Notes: generated by a model from the letters alone, not told the origin. A DNA stretch of 64,000 nt from Peribolospora baueri (GCA_029717555.1 JAMDHS010000055.1:1-64000), one strand, 5' to 3'; counted from the stretch's first letter, positions 12,362 through 26,066 are shown. Translations and numbers: made by a program.

Positions 12362-15300
12362 ATGACCGACACCGACGTCCAGAACGCTCCCGTTGATGCC
12401 CCGCCTCCATCTTCCGAGCCAGTCGAGGAGGTTTCGCTTCCCGCTGATGTCCCCCCTACCGACTTGACACCTGCTGCCACCAGCGGCAATGGCTCTGTCG
12501 AAGAGGCGAAGCCCGATGAGTCTGTGACGCCGGCCGCCGAAGCAGGCAGCGGCGAAACAGAGAAGAAGCCCACGACGCCGGCAGTCAAGTCGCCTGCTCC
12601 GGGTGCCCCCGCCAAGCCCGTCAACGGCTCGGCGGCCAAGCCGGGTGCGACTACCACCGTACGTAAGCTAGGAACGGCGCCCACGACTACAGCTGGAGCG
12701 GGCGCCGTGCGCAAGTCCGTAGCTGGAACAACGCCTGCTCCAGCTGCCCCGCGTGCCCCGCGCGCCTCGGTCAGCTCTGTTGCTAAGCCCAGGCCAAGTG
12801 CCGCTGCTACGAGCGCGACCAGGCCGGCGACCACTCCCAGGACTTCGACTGTTACCGGAGCCAAGCCGTCGACCACCACGACGTCTGCAGCGACCAGGCG
12901 ACTGAGCACTATGAGCTCTACTGCATCCGCGACCAAGCCTGTGGCCACCAGCACGGCGGCTAAGGTGAGCGGCGCTTCCTGTAGTTTGTGCGCTTTGCAG
13001 GTATAGTGGAGACCCGCTCTCAAGCGTGCCCTCTGGCTTGTCCCTCCTTGCTTTTGTAACACAGAGGGCGAGCGTTGTTGGTGCGCCCTCAGCCGCTCGT
13101 TCTGGCTCCCCTGCACCATCTACGGCTTCCTCCAGGCCCGGTGCTACGCATGCTCGTCGCTTGTCAACCGCTCCCAGCGTGACCTCTCCTACGAAGAAGA
13201 CCATTGCTGCTCCTGCTCGCCCCGGTGCGGCTGGAGCCACTGCCAGGGCCACGGCGCCTACTGCGGCAGTCAAGAGCCCGGCTTTGAAGGCAGCTGAGGA
13301 GAAGGTGAGTCGTCCAGTCGTTGAAAGCTGAAGGTGGTGAATTGACCTTCATTTATCTGATCTCGCATTATGCCCTCTGTAACAATGTGTGGTGCCTGCA
13401 GCTAGCTAAGGCTACGGAAGATATGGAGAAGGCGCACGCTGACCTGACCTCCAAGGACAGCTTGATCGAGTCTCTCCAGACCGATCTCTCCACTAAGGAC
13501 GCCGACCTTCAGAAGGCTCACGTCGACCTCGCCGCTCTCGAGTCCAGGCTGGAGAAGGTGGTCGCCGAGAGTGGAGCAGCGCAACCGGTTGCCTCTGTTG
13601 AAGAGGGCGAAGGGCAGAAGGCGCTGGAAGAGGCTCAAGCCAAGGCTTCCGAGGCCGAAGCGAAGCTGGCGGAGAAGGCCGCGGAGATCGATGCTCTCAA
13701 CACAGAGCTCTCCAGCTTGAAGGAAGCCATGGAGAAAGCTGGGGCCGAAGGTGGCGCTACGAACAAGGCTCACGATGCTGCTGTCTCTGAACGAGACGCC
13801 CAGGTCGCGGGTCTCGAAGCTGAGCTTTCAAGCCTGAAAGCACAGCTGGAAGATGCGCTGAAGAAGGCAGAGGCTGCCACTTCTGCGTCCACCGCGGCGA
13901 GTGCCGGTAAGGAGCGGCTCATCGCCGTCATGGCCGAGCTTGAAAGCGTCAAGGAACAGCGCGACGAGGTTACATCCGAGTTGGAGAACCTGCAGAAGAA
14001 GGTGGACGAGCAGGCCAGCAAATTGGCGTCGGACGCCGAGGCGCAAGAGAAGGCTCTGGTTGAGGCCAGTGCAGCCCACGAAGCGGCTCTAAACGAAGCT
14101 GTCGAAGTCGCCAGGAAGGCTGCGCTGGCGGAGGCAGTTGGAGAGCACTCGAAGGAGCTGGACACGCTCAAGTCCGAGCATATAGCTGCTCTGGATAAAG
14201 CCCTTGCCGAGGCGAAGGAGACGATCAGTGCCGAGCACGCCGAAGCGCTTAAGACGGCTGTTCAAGAAGCTGAGGATCAGCTCCGCTCGGCGCTCACCGC
14301 CGAGCACGAGGCTAAGCTCCAGAGCCAGAAGGACGAGCACGAGCGTGCCGTGACTACTCTTAACGACGCCGTCAAGGAACGAGAAGAGGAGGCTTTCCAA
14401 GTGTGCGTACCTTTGTCTGTTCCTGGTTTGCAGCTTTCGCCAATTTGTGATTGCGTCTACTCGACTCAATCGGAAGTCGCCGTATTTTCCTCGTAGGCAC
14501 GCTCAAGCTCTTCAGAAGCAGCTCGAGGAGAGCAAGGAGCTGGAGGCCAAGGCTCGTCAGGAGGAGCAGGACAAGGCCACTGAAATCGCTGAAAAGCTCA
14601 ATGCGGAGCTGGCAAAGGTTCGAGACGAATTTGCGGTGGGTTTTGATTTCCCTCTGATCATCATCGGGAAGGACAAGAGCATTCGCTCCCAACGATAACT
14701 TACCACTTCCTTTTGTTGGACAGGGCTTGGACGCCAAGAAGAGCGCAGAAGTTGAGGCCATCAGGAAAGAGCACGAACGGAAGCTCATGGAGGCGTATGA
14801 TGCTTCTAGGGTGAGTGACGCATTGAATGGGTCGGCTGCTTACAATTTCGCTGATCACCTATTCCTGCAACGCCGTTTTTTTATTTTACCCTAGGCGGAG
14901 GCCGGTGCCGCTCATTCCTCCGACTTGCAGGCACTGCGCGAAAAATCCGATGCCGTTGTCGCTCAGCTGCGCGAAGCTCACGCCCACGAGCTCGAAACTC
15001 TTAAGTCGGCTCATTCGTCCACTCTCTCCGAACAGACTGCATCGCTCGAGGCCCAAGTATCGAAGCTCACGCTTGACCTGCAAGCGACGCAAACGGATCT
15101 GGCCAAGGCCAAAGGGAGCTTTGTCGAGGCGAAGGCTGAACTCGATGAGGCTCACTCTAAAGCCGCCGCCGCCGAGGCCGCTCTCAAGGCTGCGCAGGAG
15201 GAGGCTGCGGCCAAGCCAGCGATGACTTCGGAGGAACAGGAGAAGGCCGAGGCGATGCAGAAGAAGATGCGAGAGACGGAGGAAGAGCTGAAGGAGCTCA

Positions 15301-16174
15301 AGACGGCTTTCGAATCGGCGCAGAAGAACTACGCTGAGATGATAGACGAGATAAACAAGAACCACCTTCGGGACATGGAGCAGGCTGCTGAGGTTCGCGT
15401 GACGGCCGAGGCGAAGCTCAAGAAGGAGTTCGAGGAAACGGTCAAGACACACGAAGAGAGGCACAAGCAGAACTCCGAGCTGGTGATGGTGAGTCATCGA
15501 CCTCGTCGCTTCCGCTTTCTTGACCACATCCCGTCGAGTTTGGGCGTCTTACCGCCTTTTGCATCTCATTTACTATCGTCTTTTCAGTCCCTCCGCGACC
15601 AACTCGAGCGCGCGGATCGCGAGAAGCAGGAGCTATCCGAACGCGTCTCTGCCGTCCAGCAACCGTCTGCGACTGGGACTTCCGATTCAGTAAGCGTGAT
15701 CTTGTCACGTCATCCTCTGGCCGAAGACGCTTAGCCTTAACCTCTACTTATTTGTTTTTCTCCAGACCGACCTCGAAAAGCTGCACGCCGCACATAACGA
15801 GAAGATCGTGGCCATCTCGCACCGTCACGAGGCCGTCCTGGCGAGCATCAAGAAGGAGCTCGAGGATGCCAAGGCGGAGAACGTTGCGAGGACGAAGGAG
15901 CTGGAGAGCACCAAGCTCGAAATGTCGTTCTTGCAGCAGGAGATTGAAGAGGTCGATAACCTCAAGCAGGAGATCAAGAAGTAAGCGCCTGCTCCATGTG
16001 TCCTCACTTCACCTTTTCTTCTAGGGATGGCACTGTTGAAGCACTTCCTTCGAGAGGGAGACCGTTGGATCGTTCATTGACGCTGTGCGTCGCTCGCCTG
16101 CTGGCTGACCCAGTCATCTCATTACTCTCCACAGTCTCGAGGGCGAGGTGAAGAAAGCTCAGGGAGCCGAGTAG
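12362..16174 (+). CDS. Large coiled-coil protein with a Pro/Ala/Thr/Ser-rich basic N-terminus; function unknown
   Basis: Multi-exon ORF chain from MTDTDVQNAP to QEIKNLEGEVKKAQGAE*. Long E/K/A heptad-rich region with repeated H..EL motifs. Confidence 0.85.
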
Positions 16175-17076
16175 TGTGGGAGACAACAGTCCACCTGCCG
16201 CTCCGTCCAAGCGCCCCTTTGCCATCTCGGCCGTCCTTTGATCGTTCCTCCGTATCCCACTGATGTTTGTCCGTGATCGACATGCGCCCGTTTGTCTCTC
16301 CTTCTTTTTATCCCGACCGCCTTCCGTACATCTTGTCGTCCTTCCCCGCCGCTATTCGCCACTCGCAAGGCCAACCTCCCCCCTCTCTCATATCGATACC
16401 CGATCCTCCTCTGCGTCGACCGGCTCACTCGCTCATCGGGTCTTGTTTCTCCATCCGTCCATTCACTTCAACTTCCCTTCTCCCTCATTTTGTCCGCTGA
16501 GCTTCGTTTTCGCCTTGTTTTCGTTTGGAGGCCTTTCTCGCCCTGTCTACTTTTCCGCCGCTCGCTCACTCGGCTCGGGACCAAAGGATGGAAGAAAGGG
16601 CCGATGGCATATCGTTTCCGTCTCTACCCTTTTCTCACCACTTCCGTAGTCATTACGAATTTATGACCCGTTCACGCCCGCTGGCTTGCGCTGTTTGCTT
16701 TCCCCGTCATGAACCTCATGGCCGTTTCGTTCTCGCTCCGTCTTTGGGGAACGAGCGCGTTCGGCTCTCGGTTAGGAAGGAGTCACACGTGGCAGCCTTG
16801 CTTCCGCAGTCGTCCCCCAAACGTGCTCGTTCCGGGGTGACGAAGAAATGCTAACTCGGTGCCGTCGATACCTCAGCACTACCACCACCACCACCGCCAC
16901 TTTACTCGCCTCCATTTTCCTACCCTTCTTCCGTTTTCCTCCCCCCTCCATCTCCTTCACCTCCGCCGTTTGCGCGTCGCCCCGTTCTAGCGTTACGGCC
17001 TCCCACGCGCTCACCGCCTTCCCTCTTCCATAGTCTATCTCAAGGGGCATCCGAAAAGAACAAAAAAGGGAAAAAA

Positions 17077-19162
17077 ATGGCTCCTCAGCAGAAAGGTTTC
17101 TCTTGGTCCAACATCGCCGTTGGTGAGTGGGGCAGACGAGCGAATTGAACCGCTACATGCGTGCGAGCAGTCGGCTTCGGCGGCAGTTCGGTGCGATGAA
17201 TTGCAAAATGTGGAGGGCCAGGGCTACCGTTCCGAGAGGCAGAGGGGTTTGGGGAACAGCCCTCATTGTTTTGCATCGCTGCGCGTGCTTTCCCGCCTTC
17301 TTTTGGCGAGTGCTGATTGCTCCGACATGTATTGGTGCGTCTCCCTTATCTTGACCTTCGCTGTGTGACGCACAGGTGGGATCATGAACATGGTGAGTTG
17401 TTAATCCACGTACCGGTCGTAAGGCCGTGAGGCTGACCATTGCAGAGATAGGGTGTGCACAATGAGCCTCGTCCCACTCACTCGCATTCCACCCGTCCGC
17501 TCCACCCCTTCTATCTCTTGCCGTTCCCCGTGTCCCCCACGCAGTTCGAAGTAACGACGCTGGGCCAGCCCCTCGAAGTGCTCAAGACGCAGATGGCGGC
17601 CAACCGTGGCGAATCGATGCCCCAGGCCGCAAGGACTATCTGGTCTCGCGGCGGCGTTTTGGGCTTCTATCAGGGATTGATTCCTTGGGTGAGTCTTCCC
17701 TGTGAATTGACGGACGGGAAGGGATTTTTAAGGCTGGTGGACGGGACTGTACGCGCTCGGACTCGCGACTGTTGAGGCACGTTGGAGGACGGAGTACGCG
17801 TCCTCTTTTTAATTTCTCCGGTCCTCGTGCTTTTTAATCCTCGGAGTCGGACGGCAGCGACTGATCCCGTAATTTCTCACCCCCGCTAACCAGGCTTGGA
17901 TCGAGGCTTCCACGAAGGGTGCTGTCCTTCTTTTCACCGCTAGCGAAATTGAGAAGACAAGCAAGAGCCTCGGCGTTGGCAGCGGTGTGTCCGGCCTGCT
18001 CGGTGGCATGGGTGGCGGCATCGCTCAGGCGTATGCCACTATGGGTGAGCGCCTTCCCAGCCGTTCTGTTCGATGCGCCGGCGCTTGGTACTTAACCCTT
18101 TGGGATGGGCGCCCACATTCTCCATCCGACGTCACCAGGCTTCTGCACCTGCATGAAGACGGCCGAGATCACGAGGCACAAGCAGGCCGCGGCGGGCATA
18201 AAGCCTCCGAGCACGTTCCAGGTGTTCATGGACATCTACCGTCGGGAAGGTATTAAGGGCATCAACAAGGGTGTCAACGGTGAGCTCGCGGAAGGGCAGA
18301 GATGCGTCGGCGGATGAGGGGATTGGTGGCTCCCTGTTTGTTTCACTGACGCCGAGTGTGCGCTGCACTTGCACTTCCCCCTTCCTAGCCGTCGCTGTTC
18401 GCCAGTGCACGAACTGGGGTTCGAGGTGAGCATGCGTCTTTTCCTTGTGTTCATACGCGTCTGTGTGCGCGATTTACTGAATATTTTGTCTCGCACTTGG
18501 ACCTTGATAGGATGGGCTTCGCTCGATTGGCCGAGAACGGGTTCCGCAAGTTCCAGGGCAAGGGGGAGAACGAGAAGCTTACTGCCGTTGAGAGGATCAT
18601 CGCGAGTTCCATCGGTGGGTGTCCGGGAGGGTTTGGCGTGCGGGTATGGCTTTTCTATAGCTGATTTCGTCTCGTTTGTGGAATCGTGTCCCCGCGGACT
18701 GTAGGCGGTGCGCTGGCTACATGGAACCAGCCGATCGAGGTGAGCGCGTCGTGGACGGGAGCCGCTGATGAGGCGCGGCGCAAGTCTCTGATCCGGCCTC
18801 GCTTTCGATCCGTGTCGTCGGTCAGGTCATCCGTGTGGAGATGCAATCCATGTCCAAGGCGGCGGCCACCGATTCGCGTCGTCCTGAGAAGTTGACGATC
18901 GCCAACACGTTCAAGTACATTTACAGCGAGCACGGCGTGCGTGGTCTGTACCGGGGCGTGTCGCCGCGCATCTGCTTGGGCATCTGGCAGACAATTTGCA
19001 TGGTCTCTTTCGTGAGTGCGGTGGCGCGTGGGCCTGCTAGTGGGGGATAAACAAGCTTGTCGGCGCTGACGGTATCCGTCTGCCTCGCCGCGTATCTCCT
19101 CGCAGGCCGACACGGTGAAGGAATGGGTGGCGAAGCGGGAGGCCAAGGCGTTGGCGAAGTGA
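17077..19162 (+). CDS. YHM2: Mitochondrial citrate/oxoglutarate carrier
   Basis: [42 protein letters not shown]...[23 protein letters not shown]...[11 protein letters not shown]...[14 protein letters not shown]...[11 protein letters not shown]; many short exons. Confidence 0.95.
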
Positions 19163-19734
19163 AATGGAAATGGGTCCGGCGAAGCGAACGAGTAGGAGGG
19201 AAGAGGACGGATGTTGCTTATCCACGGGCGCGTCCGTCTGCCTGTGCTTTTCGGTTCCCGTCGTTCTTTCCATACCCCGGAGACGTTGCGGGAAACTAGA
19301 GTGGGGAAGGAGGAGCTTCAGCTTGTCCTTATGGTTCCTTGGCCGCTCTCGCCGTTGCGGTGGTGTCCCGGCGAGACAGCGGGCATGGGGGCGCACTTCG
19401 ATTTCGAGAGGCTCTCGACGCGAGGAGTCCAGCTCCTGTTTGTGATTTCCTTTTTGTTTCGTCTTTCCTTCATTTTCTTTCCCTGGAATGGTATCGTATA
19501 GACAAGCGAGACGCGTGGGGTGTCTAGTCTAACAACGGTGAAGCGAGAATAGTCGCCCTGTTCATTACTCAGAGCGAAAGACGAAAGAAAAGATAGAAGG
19601 GATAGGATGGGATGGGGAACGAACAGGGAGCGAGGTTGGAGGTGGTGCCGGAGGTTAGCGTGTGGTGTGGTGCTACTGCGCTCGCCATGCATACGCCTCG
19701 CTCGCTCGGTTCTATTGGTCGTCTTCGATCCAGT

Positions 19735-20150
19735 CATTCTTCCTTTCTTCCTTCCTTCCTTCCTTCCTTCCTTCCTGCCTTCCTTCGTCATTTGTCGTTT
19801 GTTTTGTTGTTTTCCGTTTGTCGGTTGGAATTCGAACGCGCTTTTTATTTTTATTTTTATTTTTTATTTTTTTTCGTTTCGTTTTATTTTTCCACGCCTT
19901 CGCTCCTCCCGCCCGCCGTCCTTCCTTCCTTCCTTCTTCCCTTCCGCCCGTCCGCCTTTCCTTGCTAACCCTCCCTTCGTCCCGCCTGCCCGTCCTCCTC
20001 CTCCTCCTTCTCCGACGACGACGATGACGACGGATGTCCAAAGACGGGCCTGCCCCGCGTCCGTGAGCGGCCTAGCGCGCGCACATGCATGCACGTATAT
20101 GTACGTATATGTATGTACGGCTGTATATATGTGTATGTATGTATATAGGT
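19735..20150. repeat. Compound microsatellite tract: (CTTC)n, (TTTTTA)n, (TATG)n
   Basis: Directly visible simple repeats. Confidence 0.85.
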
Positions 20151-20491
20151 ATAGCCCGCCACTTGCCGCGGCTTGTTCTTTCAGTACTCAGGGCGACCCC
20201 GCATGGGAAGGGGAGGGACGATGGAGGGAGGCGAGGACAGGACAGGTGGCGGCTCTCTGTCCTTCTTTTTGTTGTTCGTCGTCGTCGTCGCCGCCCCCTC
20301 GCCAAAAAAAGCAAGTTGACGATGTGGCCGAAGTTAGACAGACAACCGACGGCTAGATGAGATGAGATGAGATGAATGGGTCGGAGCTAGGCTCTCGTAG
20401 CGTCCTGCCATCGTCCTCGCCTCCGTCCCAAGCTTCTCCCTCCTTCGTCCGTCCGTCCGTCCGTCTGTCTGTCTCCCACGCCTCGGCTCCC

Positions 20492-20620
20492 GACTGGACT
20501 GGACTGGACTGGACTCGACTGGATGCGACTGGACTCGATTGAGATTCGATTGGAATTGACTGGATTCGATTGAACTCGATCGGACTCGATTGGACTCGAT
20601 TGGACTCGATTGAACTCGAC
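20492..20620. repeat. Degenerate pentamer array (GACTG/GACTC/GATTG) shifting into a 10-mer GACTCGATTG
   Basis: Directly visible. Confidence 0.85.
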
Positions 20621-21517
20621 TTGCTCGCGACTCAGACTCGCCCGCCTCAGCGTCTCGGACTTGGACTGGCCCGGCTCAGACTCGCTCCTTTCCTTGCCCG
20701 CCATCTGTCATGCCTCAAATGGTCCCATCCCCTTTTTTCATTCTTTCATTCTTTCTTTCCTTCCTTCCTTCCTCCTCGCCTTTGCCTTTGCCCTCGCCTC
20801 GCCCGCACCGCATGGCTCCCGCGTGGGCCGAGGACTAAACCTAGGGGATTTCTTAGGCCCGCCTTGCATGCCATGCGGCGTGGCTTGGCTTGTCTGCGCC
20901 AAGGAAGGAGGCCAGCCGGCGGTCGCAATGGGGGCACGGCACACAAGCGGGCTTGTATTTTATTATCTTGTTATTATTATTATACCTCATCTCGTCTTGT
21001 CTCGAACACGACTCGCTGCGACGCTTCTGACTTGACTTGGCCTGTTCAATCAGTCAGTTAGTCAATTAGTCAGTCCCCATTCCATCCGTCCCTCCTTCCA
21101 TTGTAGCCAGCCAGTCCTAACCCCGTAGTCGCCAACCAGTTCTCGCCTCGCCTTCTTACGGCCGTCGCCGCCGGCTCACCACCCATGCGCCTTCCGAGAC
21201 ATTCCTCTGGCTACTTATTCACATCTACCCATTCATCCATTCATCCTCCTCTTCCGTCTCCACCACCGACAATTGACCACCACCCTCCCTCCAACCCGCC
21301 TTCCTCCCCAGCCCCGCTTCTCCTCCCCACTCCCTCACCTCGCCTCCGCCTTTCCCTCCGCCAGACCCGCCATCCCATCCGATCTGGACGAAAGACCGGC
21401 CGCGAGCTCGAGCTTGTGCTCGTGCTCGTGCTCGTCCCCGCCCGCCTGTCCTTCTTCTTTCCTTACCAACACCATCATCCCACCTCGCCCTCGCCCTCGC
21501 CCACCTCCACTTCCACC

Positions 21518-22421
21518 ATGGCCGCCCTCTCTCCTCTTGCTTCCACCTCCCCGTCCCCGCTCCGCCTCGAAGACCGCTTCAAGCGGTTCGGCGCAGGAGA
21601 TGGCTACAGGGGCCCCCCGCCTCCCAGCGACGGCGGCGCAAACGTAGGAGAGCCAGGACAGCAGCAGCGCCAACGACGGCGGCGACGACTCGCACCTGTC
21701 CGAGGCCAGGATACGGGCACGGACACGGATAGGAACCTCGACCTCGTCAGACGTCAGGTCGTCGGAGGAGGCGCTGGCACCGGCGTCGGCTCGGGCTCGG
21801 GTCAGACTACGCCTTCGGCCAACAGTGGCAGTGGCAGGTGAGCGGGCGAGCGAGCGAGCGAGCAAGCAAGCGAACAACAAGTCCTTCGATCGCGTCTCTA
21901 TCGGTTGGATCGAACTGAAATCCGGTCTTTTTCGCCCGCCCGCCAGCCCCTCACAGACATCTCAGATCATCGTCTCCGTCGTCCTCTCCGTCGTCGTCGT
22001 CCTCGTCTTCTGCACCATCGCCTTTTACCTCTTCCGCCGCACCCGCTCCCGCCGCCGAGCTGCCGCCCAGCTCAAAGACGCACAGGCCGGCGAGGGAGAT
22101 CTCCAGCAGCAGGAGCGCTCCCGCGAGGGACAGTGGTCCACCGTCTCCAAGCCCCACGACCAGCACCCGCAACTCTCTCAGCCTTACGTCCCCAGCGCCG
22201 ACCCTGTCCACATCCACGGCGCCGGTCACGCCCGCGCCGACGACGCCGACGTCGATGGCCGCCGCCCCGCCCACTTTGATCATCGCGGTGGCGCCGTCGT
22301 CGGCGTCAACATTGCCAGGGAAAGGACACCCGACAGCTGGGAGTACCAGCCCAGGATGAGCGAGACCTATGAGGCCGTCGGCATGACCCACGTTCGCAGT
22401 CCCAACAGGAGGTCTTCGTGA
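21518..22421 (+). CDS. Hypothetical single-pass membrane protein
   Basis: MAALSPL...SGSG, a phase-consistent intron (about 21838-21946), then PSQTSQIIVSVVLSVVVVLVFCTIAFYLFRRTRSRRR: a TM helix followed by a basic stop-transfer cluster. Confidence 0.7.
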
Positions 22422-23705
22422 CGGCTCACCCGCGGACGTCCCTTCGTCGACGTTGACGTACGCTCTCCTCCTCCGCCTCACCCACTTTTCCTTCCCGCCG
22501 TTCCCTCCCGTCTCCGCACCTCGTGTACTTGTATTTGTACGTGTCCTCACTCTCCCTCCCTTCCCTCTATCCACGTCCCTCCGTCTTATCTTTCTTTTGT
22601 CCATCTCGCTGTCTTTCCTAGTTTTCGTCCGTCGTTCCCTCCAGACGCCCGCGTGCACACCCCAGTCAGCCTCCCTTTCACACGGGCTCCCTCGCTCCTT
22701 CCGCCACCCGCCGATCGATCCACCGGACCCGGCCGCTTGTTCCATACGCATCCATCGTCTCCGAATTGAAGGAAAGGAGAGGAAACAAATCGGTTTTCCC
22801 TCTCGGCGTACCACTCAGCCGGCGCGGCGATCGCACCGGACCGATTCGGACGAGTTCGGCTGGCCAAATCGACGATCGATTAACGACGAACGCGCGACTA
22901 CGCGACGCGTTCGTCCGTCCACCTCGAGATGCGGGCGATCTTGATCTTTTTCTGATCGATCGACTGGACTGGTTCGACTCCCTCGCTCCTCCTAATCGAG
23001 ACCTTTGTAACGCTACACCCACTTCCACCACCATAGCCACTACCGCCATCGCCATCGCCGCCGCCGCCATCGGAAATGATTGTCTTCGTTCTCTGTCCGC
23101 TCACCGTCCGTCCGTCCGTCTGTCTGTCCGAGTGGGGAGCGGGGGAGGGCGAGGCGGACAGATGGAAAGAAGTAGACAGACTCATCTTGACTCATCTTGC
23201 CTTGTCGTTCCTCGACGTTTCGCGCACCGACCCCGTTGACCAGGCATTTTTTTCTCCACGCCGTCCGCTTTTGCTTTCTTTTACAAAAGCAGCATCTCGC
23301 GCGCGGCGTTCACAAAAGCAACCACCTCTCGCGCGCGGCGTCCACCCCACCGCCTTCCCAACGCGTTCGTCGACCATGGATGGTTTCAGGCACGCCGTCC
23401 GTCTCCATCTCCGTCTCCGTCTCTGTCTCCGGCCTCATCAAGGTCAAGGTCAACCTTTTCCGTCGTCCCCCATCCTCACGTTGATCCATGAGCCCGTTCT
23501 GATGAGACCTTATCCCCACCTTCCAGCCAGTTGCTCACTCTTTTCCGACCCCTAATAAAGCTTGCCAGCTTTCCGTCCCTCGCCCAGCTTCCCTTTCCTT
23601 TTGTCTTCTCTCCACTTCGTCCACCACGTCTTGCTCCCTATTGCTGCTGCTCCCTTACTCTCTCCCGTCCCTTCCCTCGCCTCCGTTGTCCTCCCCGCAA
23701 GTAGT

Positions 23706-25247
23706 ATGCGCTTCCTTCTCGCTTTCCTCACCTGGGCCCTGCTTTTCGCCTCGTCGGCCGCACTGGTTGCTGCCGCCCCTCTCGAGACGACTCGCATGGC
23801 ATACTACGAACGGGACGGTGACCAGTGGCCCTTGTACGTCCTTCCCTCGCCTCGTTCGCTCTGCCAACTTCGACGTTGACACTCTGCGTGTGCACATCCG
23901 ATCCCCTCTAGGTCTAGTCTCTCGGCCGCCGCTCCGAACGCCTACGCTGTCGTGACCGTGACGGTCACCGACCATCCCGCTCACACTCACCTCCCGCGGC
24001 CACATCGTGCCGAGAAGGACGAGAGAAAGAAAAAACACGCCGCTGGACACCGCAATGACGACGCGGCCATGGCGTCCTCTGCCGCACCCTCCTCCTCGAC
24101 TTCCACTTCCACCACCGACTCTTTCGCCGGATACTACCGCGCAACGAACTGGATATGGCTCGTGCTCGCCGTCGCCATCCCTTTGGTCGCCTTTGCTGTC
24201 GCTGGCGGCATCTATCTCATCTATTACGCTTGCCAAGCAAGGAAGGGCAAGAAGAAGGCTGGAGAGATAACAGGGCCGGCTAGAGCGGAAGACGAGGAGC
24301 GTGGAGATGGGTTCGGAGGCATGGTCATGGTCGACAAGGTGCGCGTGGACGTAGACGATACCACCGCCGGCTCCTCGGTGGACAACAACTCGCAGCCCAA
24401 GTTTGTGGACGTCCGCCTCCACGATGACCACGATCACGCCGTCGCCGTCGTCGATCACACCAGCGCTAGCGCTCGATCATCTCTCCCGCGCGCTGGCCCG
24501 CACCCGCACGGGCCTCTACAGCAGTTGCAGAGCAGCAGGACCGGCACCGGCACCGGCACTGGCGGTGCGAATCCCTTGCCCTTGGCCTTGCCCGACCCTC
24601 TGGCTCTGCCGGCGTCGTCGTCTTCTTCTTATGGTGGCGTTAACGACGCGTCCAACACCTCGACCCATCGGGGCGTTGTCGAGTTCTGCCGGTCTGGGTC
24701 CTGTGCCTTTGCTCCGGAAGCCGCCCGGGACGACGACCACAATGACCCACCGGTACACGAGGCAGTGAACGAAGTCATCTATTTCGTCACGCCGCCCACC
24801 GACGTCAGCGACAGCGATCACCCATCACAACGCTCTTCGTCCCCTAGCGTCCGCTCCCAATCCTCTCACTCTGACCCTGACCCTTCTTCGATCGCCAAAG
24901 TGAAGAACAACGACAACGACGACGACGACGACGAGGACAACCCTCTCCGACCACCGCCTCTTCCCTTTCGCTCTCCTATTTTGGCCACCCCCCCCAAACC
25001 GGCCAGCCTGCTCGCCGATCCCATCGACCTCGCGGCCAGCGACGGCCGCTCCGTCGCGCGCCGTTCCCCCCTACAAGCTTTTCCATTGGAGTCGAGGATC
25101 GGAGCGATGAAAGAGAGGAGGAGGGTGAGGTCAAAGTCGACCGTGGCCGCCGGCCAGTCCCTCACCTGCCCCGACCATTGGCCGAGCTACGACCCCCGCC
25201 ACGACCCCCGCCATCCGCCCGGTCCACTCATCATGGCGCACGCCTGA
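23706..25247 (+). CDS. Hypothetical type I membrane protein (signal peptide, one TM helix, disordered cytosolic tail)
   Basis: Signal peptide MRFLLAFLTWALLFASSAALVAAAP; phase-consistent intron at about 23834-23911; TM WIWLVLAVAIPLVAFAVAGGIYLIYYAC followed by RKGKKK. Confidence 0.8.
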
Positions 25248-26041
25248 ACGTCCGTCCCGTCCCGTCCCGCTCCGAGGGAGGTAGGGAGGGAGCGCGGACA
25301 GCGGCGAAGCGATCGTATCGTATCGTATCGTATCGTATCGTATCGCCCCCAGGTTGTATCGTATTTTCTTCGTGCAATCGAAACGCCAACCTCTGTCACA
25401 CGACACGAACACGACGCGACGCGATGCACTGCGTCGACCATATCTCCTCACAGTTCGTCGTCCCCGATTCCTAACCCTCTTCCCACCGTCCCCTTGTCTT
25501 GCCCGGCTCGGCTCCTCCAGGCAACGGCCAATGACCCCTTTGACGATCGCGATGCCGATATACCGACGCGCATGCCCAACGCCGACCGACGAGGACAGGG
25601 AGCCCCGAGTGGAGGCGGGTGAGAGAAAGGGAACATGGACAGGAGGCCCCGGACTTGTCAGCGTCGGGGGATCCGCGGGGGCATGGGGCATGGCTCGAGT
25701 TGAATCTAGTGCACAAGTCACGGAAAGCAGCCAATACGTAGTGATGGTATGGATCGGACGTCACAGTGCACGACCTTTTTCGATTGGGCACGCAGAAGGA
25801 CGCAGAACGCCAAGGACATTTTCTGAGCGTTTTTTTTTCGCCCAAAGGTCGAGCTCGAGCTTGGAGACCAAGCCCATGCATTCCCATGCGCGAACACTCG
25901 GAAGCTGGCCAGTTGGACCAGTCTCGCCCGTCGACACAGAGCACGGGTTCAATATCGAATCATACAAGGTCGGAGCTGCCAGCTACCGTAAATGGGGCGT
26001 GAGAGAAGACCTCGAAGGTACTGGAAAAGTGCGTATATCCG

Positions 26042-26066
26042 CCCCCCCCCCCCCCCCCCCCCCCCC
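26042..26066. repeat. C25 homopolymer (G25 on the minus strand)
   Basis: Directly visible. Confidence 0.95.

Noticed and set aside
12214..15527. Long antisense ORFs over the coiled-coil gene (also over the cyclophilin and lipase genes)
   Set aside because: Shadow ORFs caused by GC-rich codon bias.
19300..21100. Numerous overlapping ORFs with hydrophobic or basic runs
   Set aside because: These are translations of simple repeats such as (CTTC)n and (TTTTTA)n.
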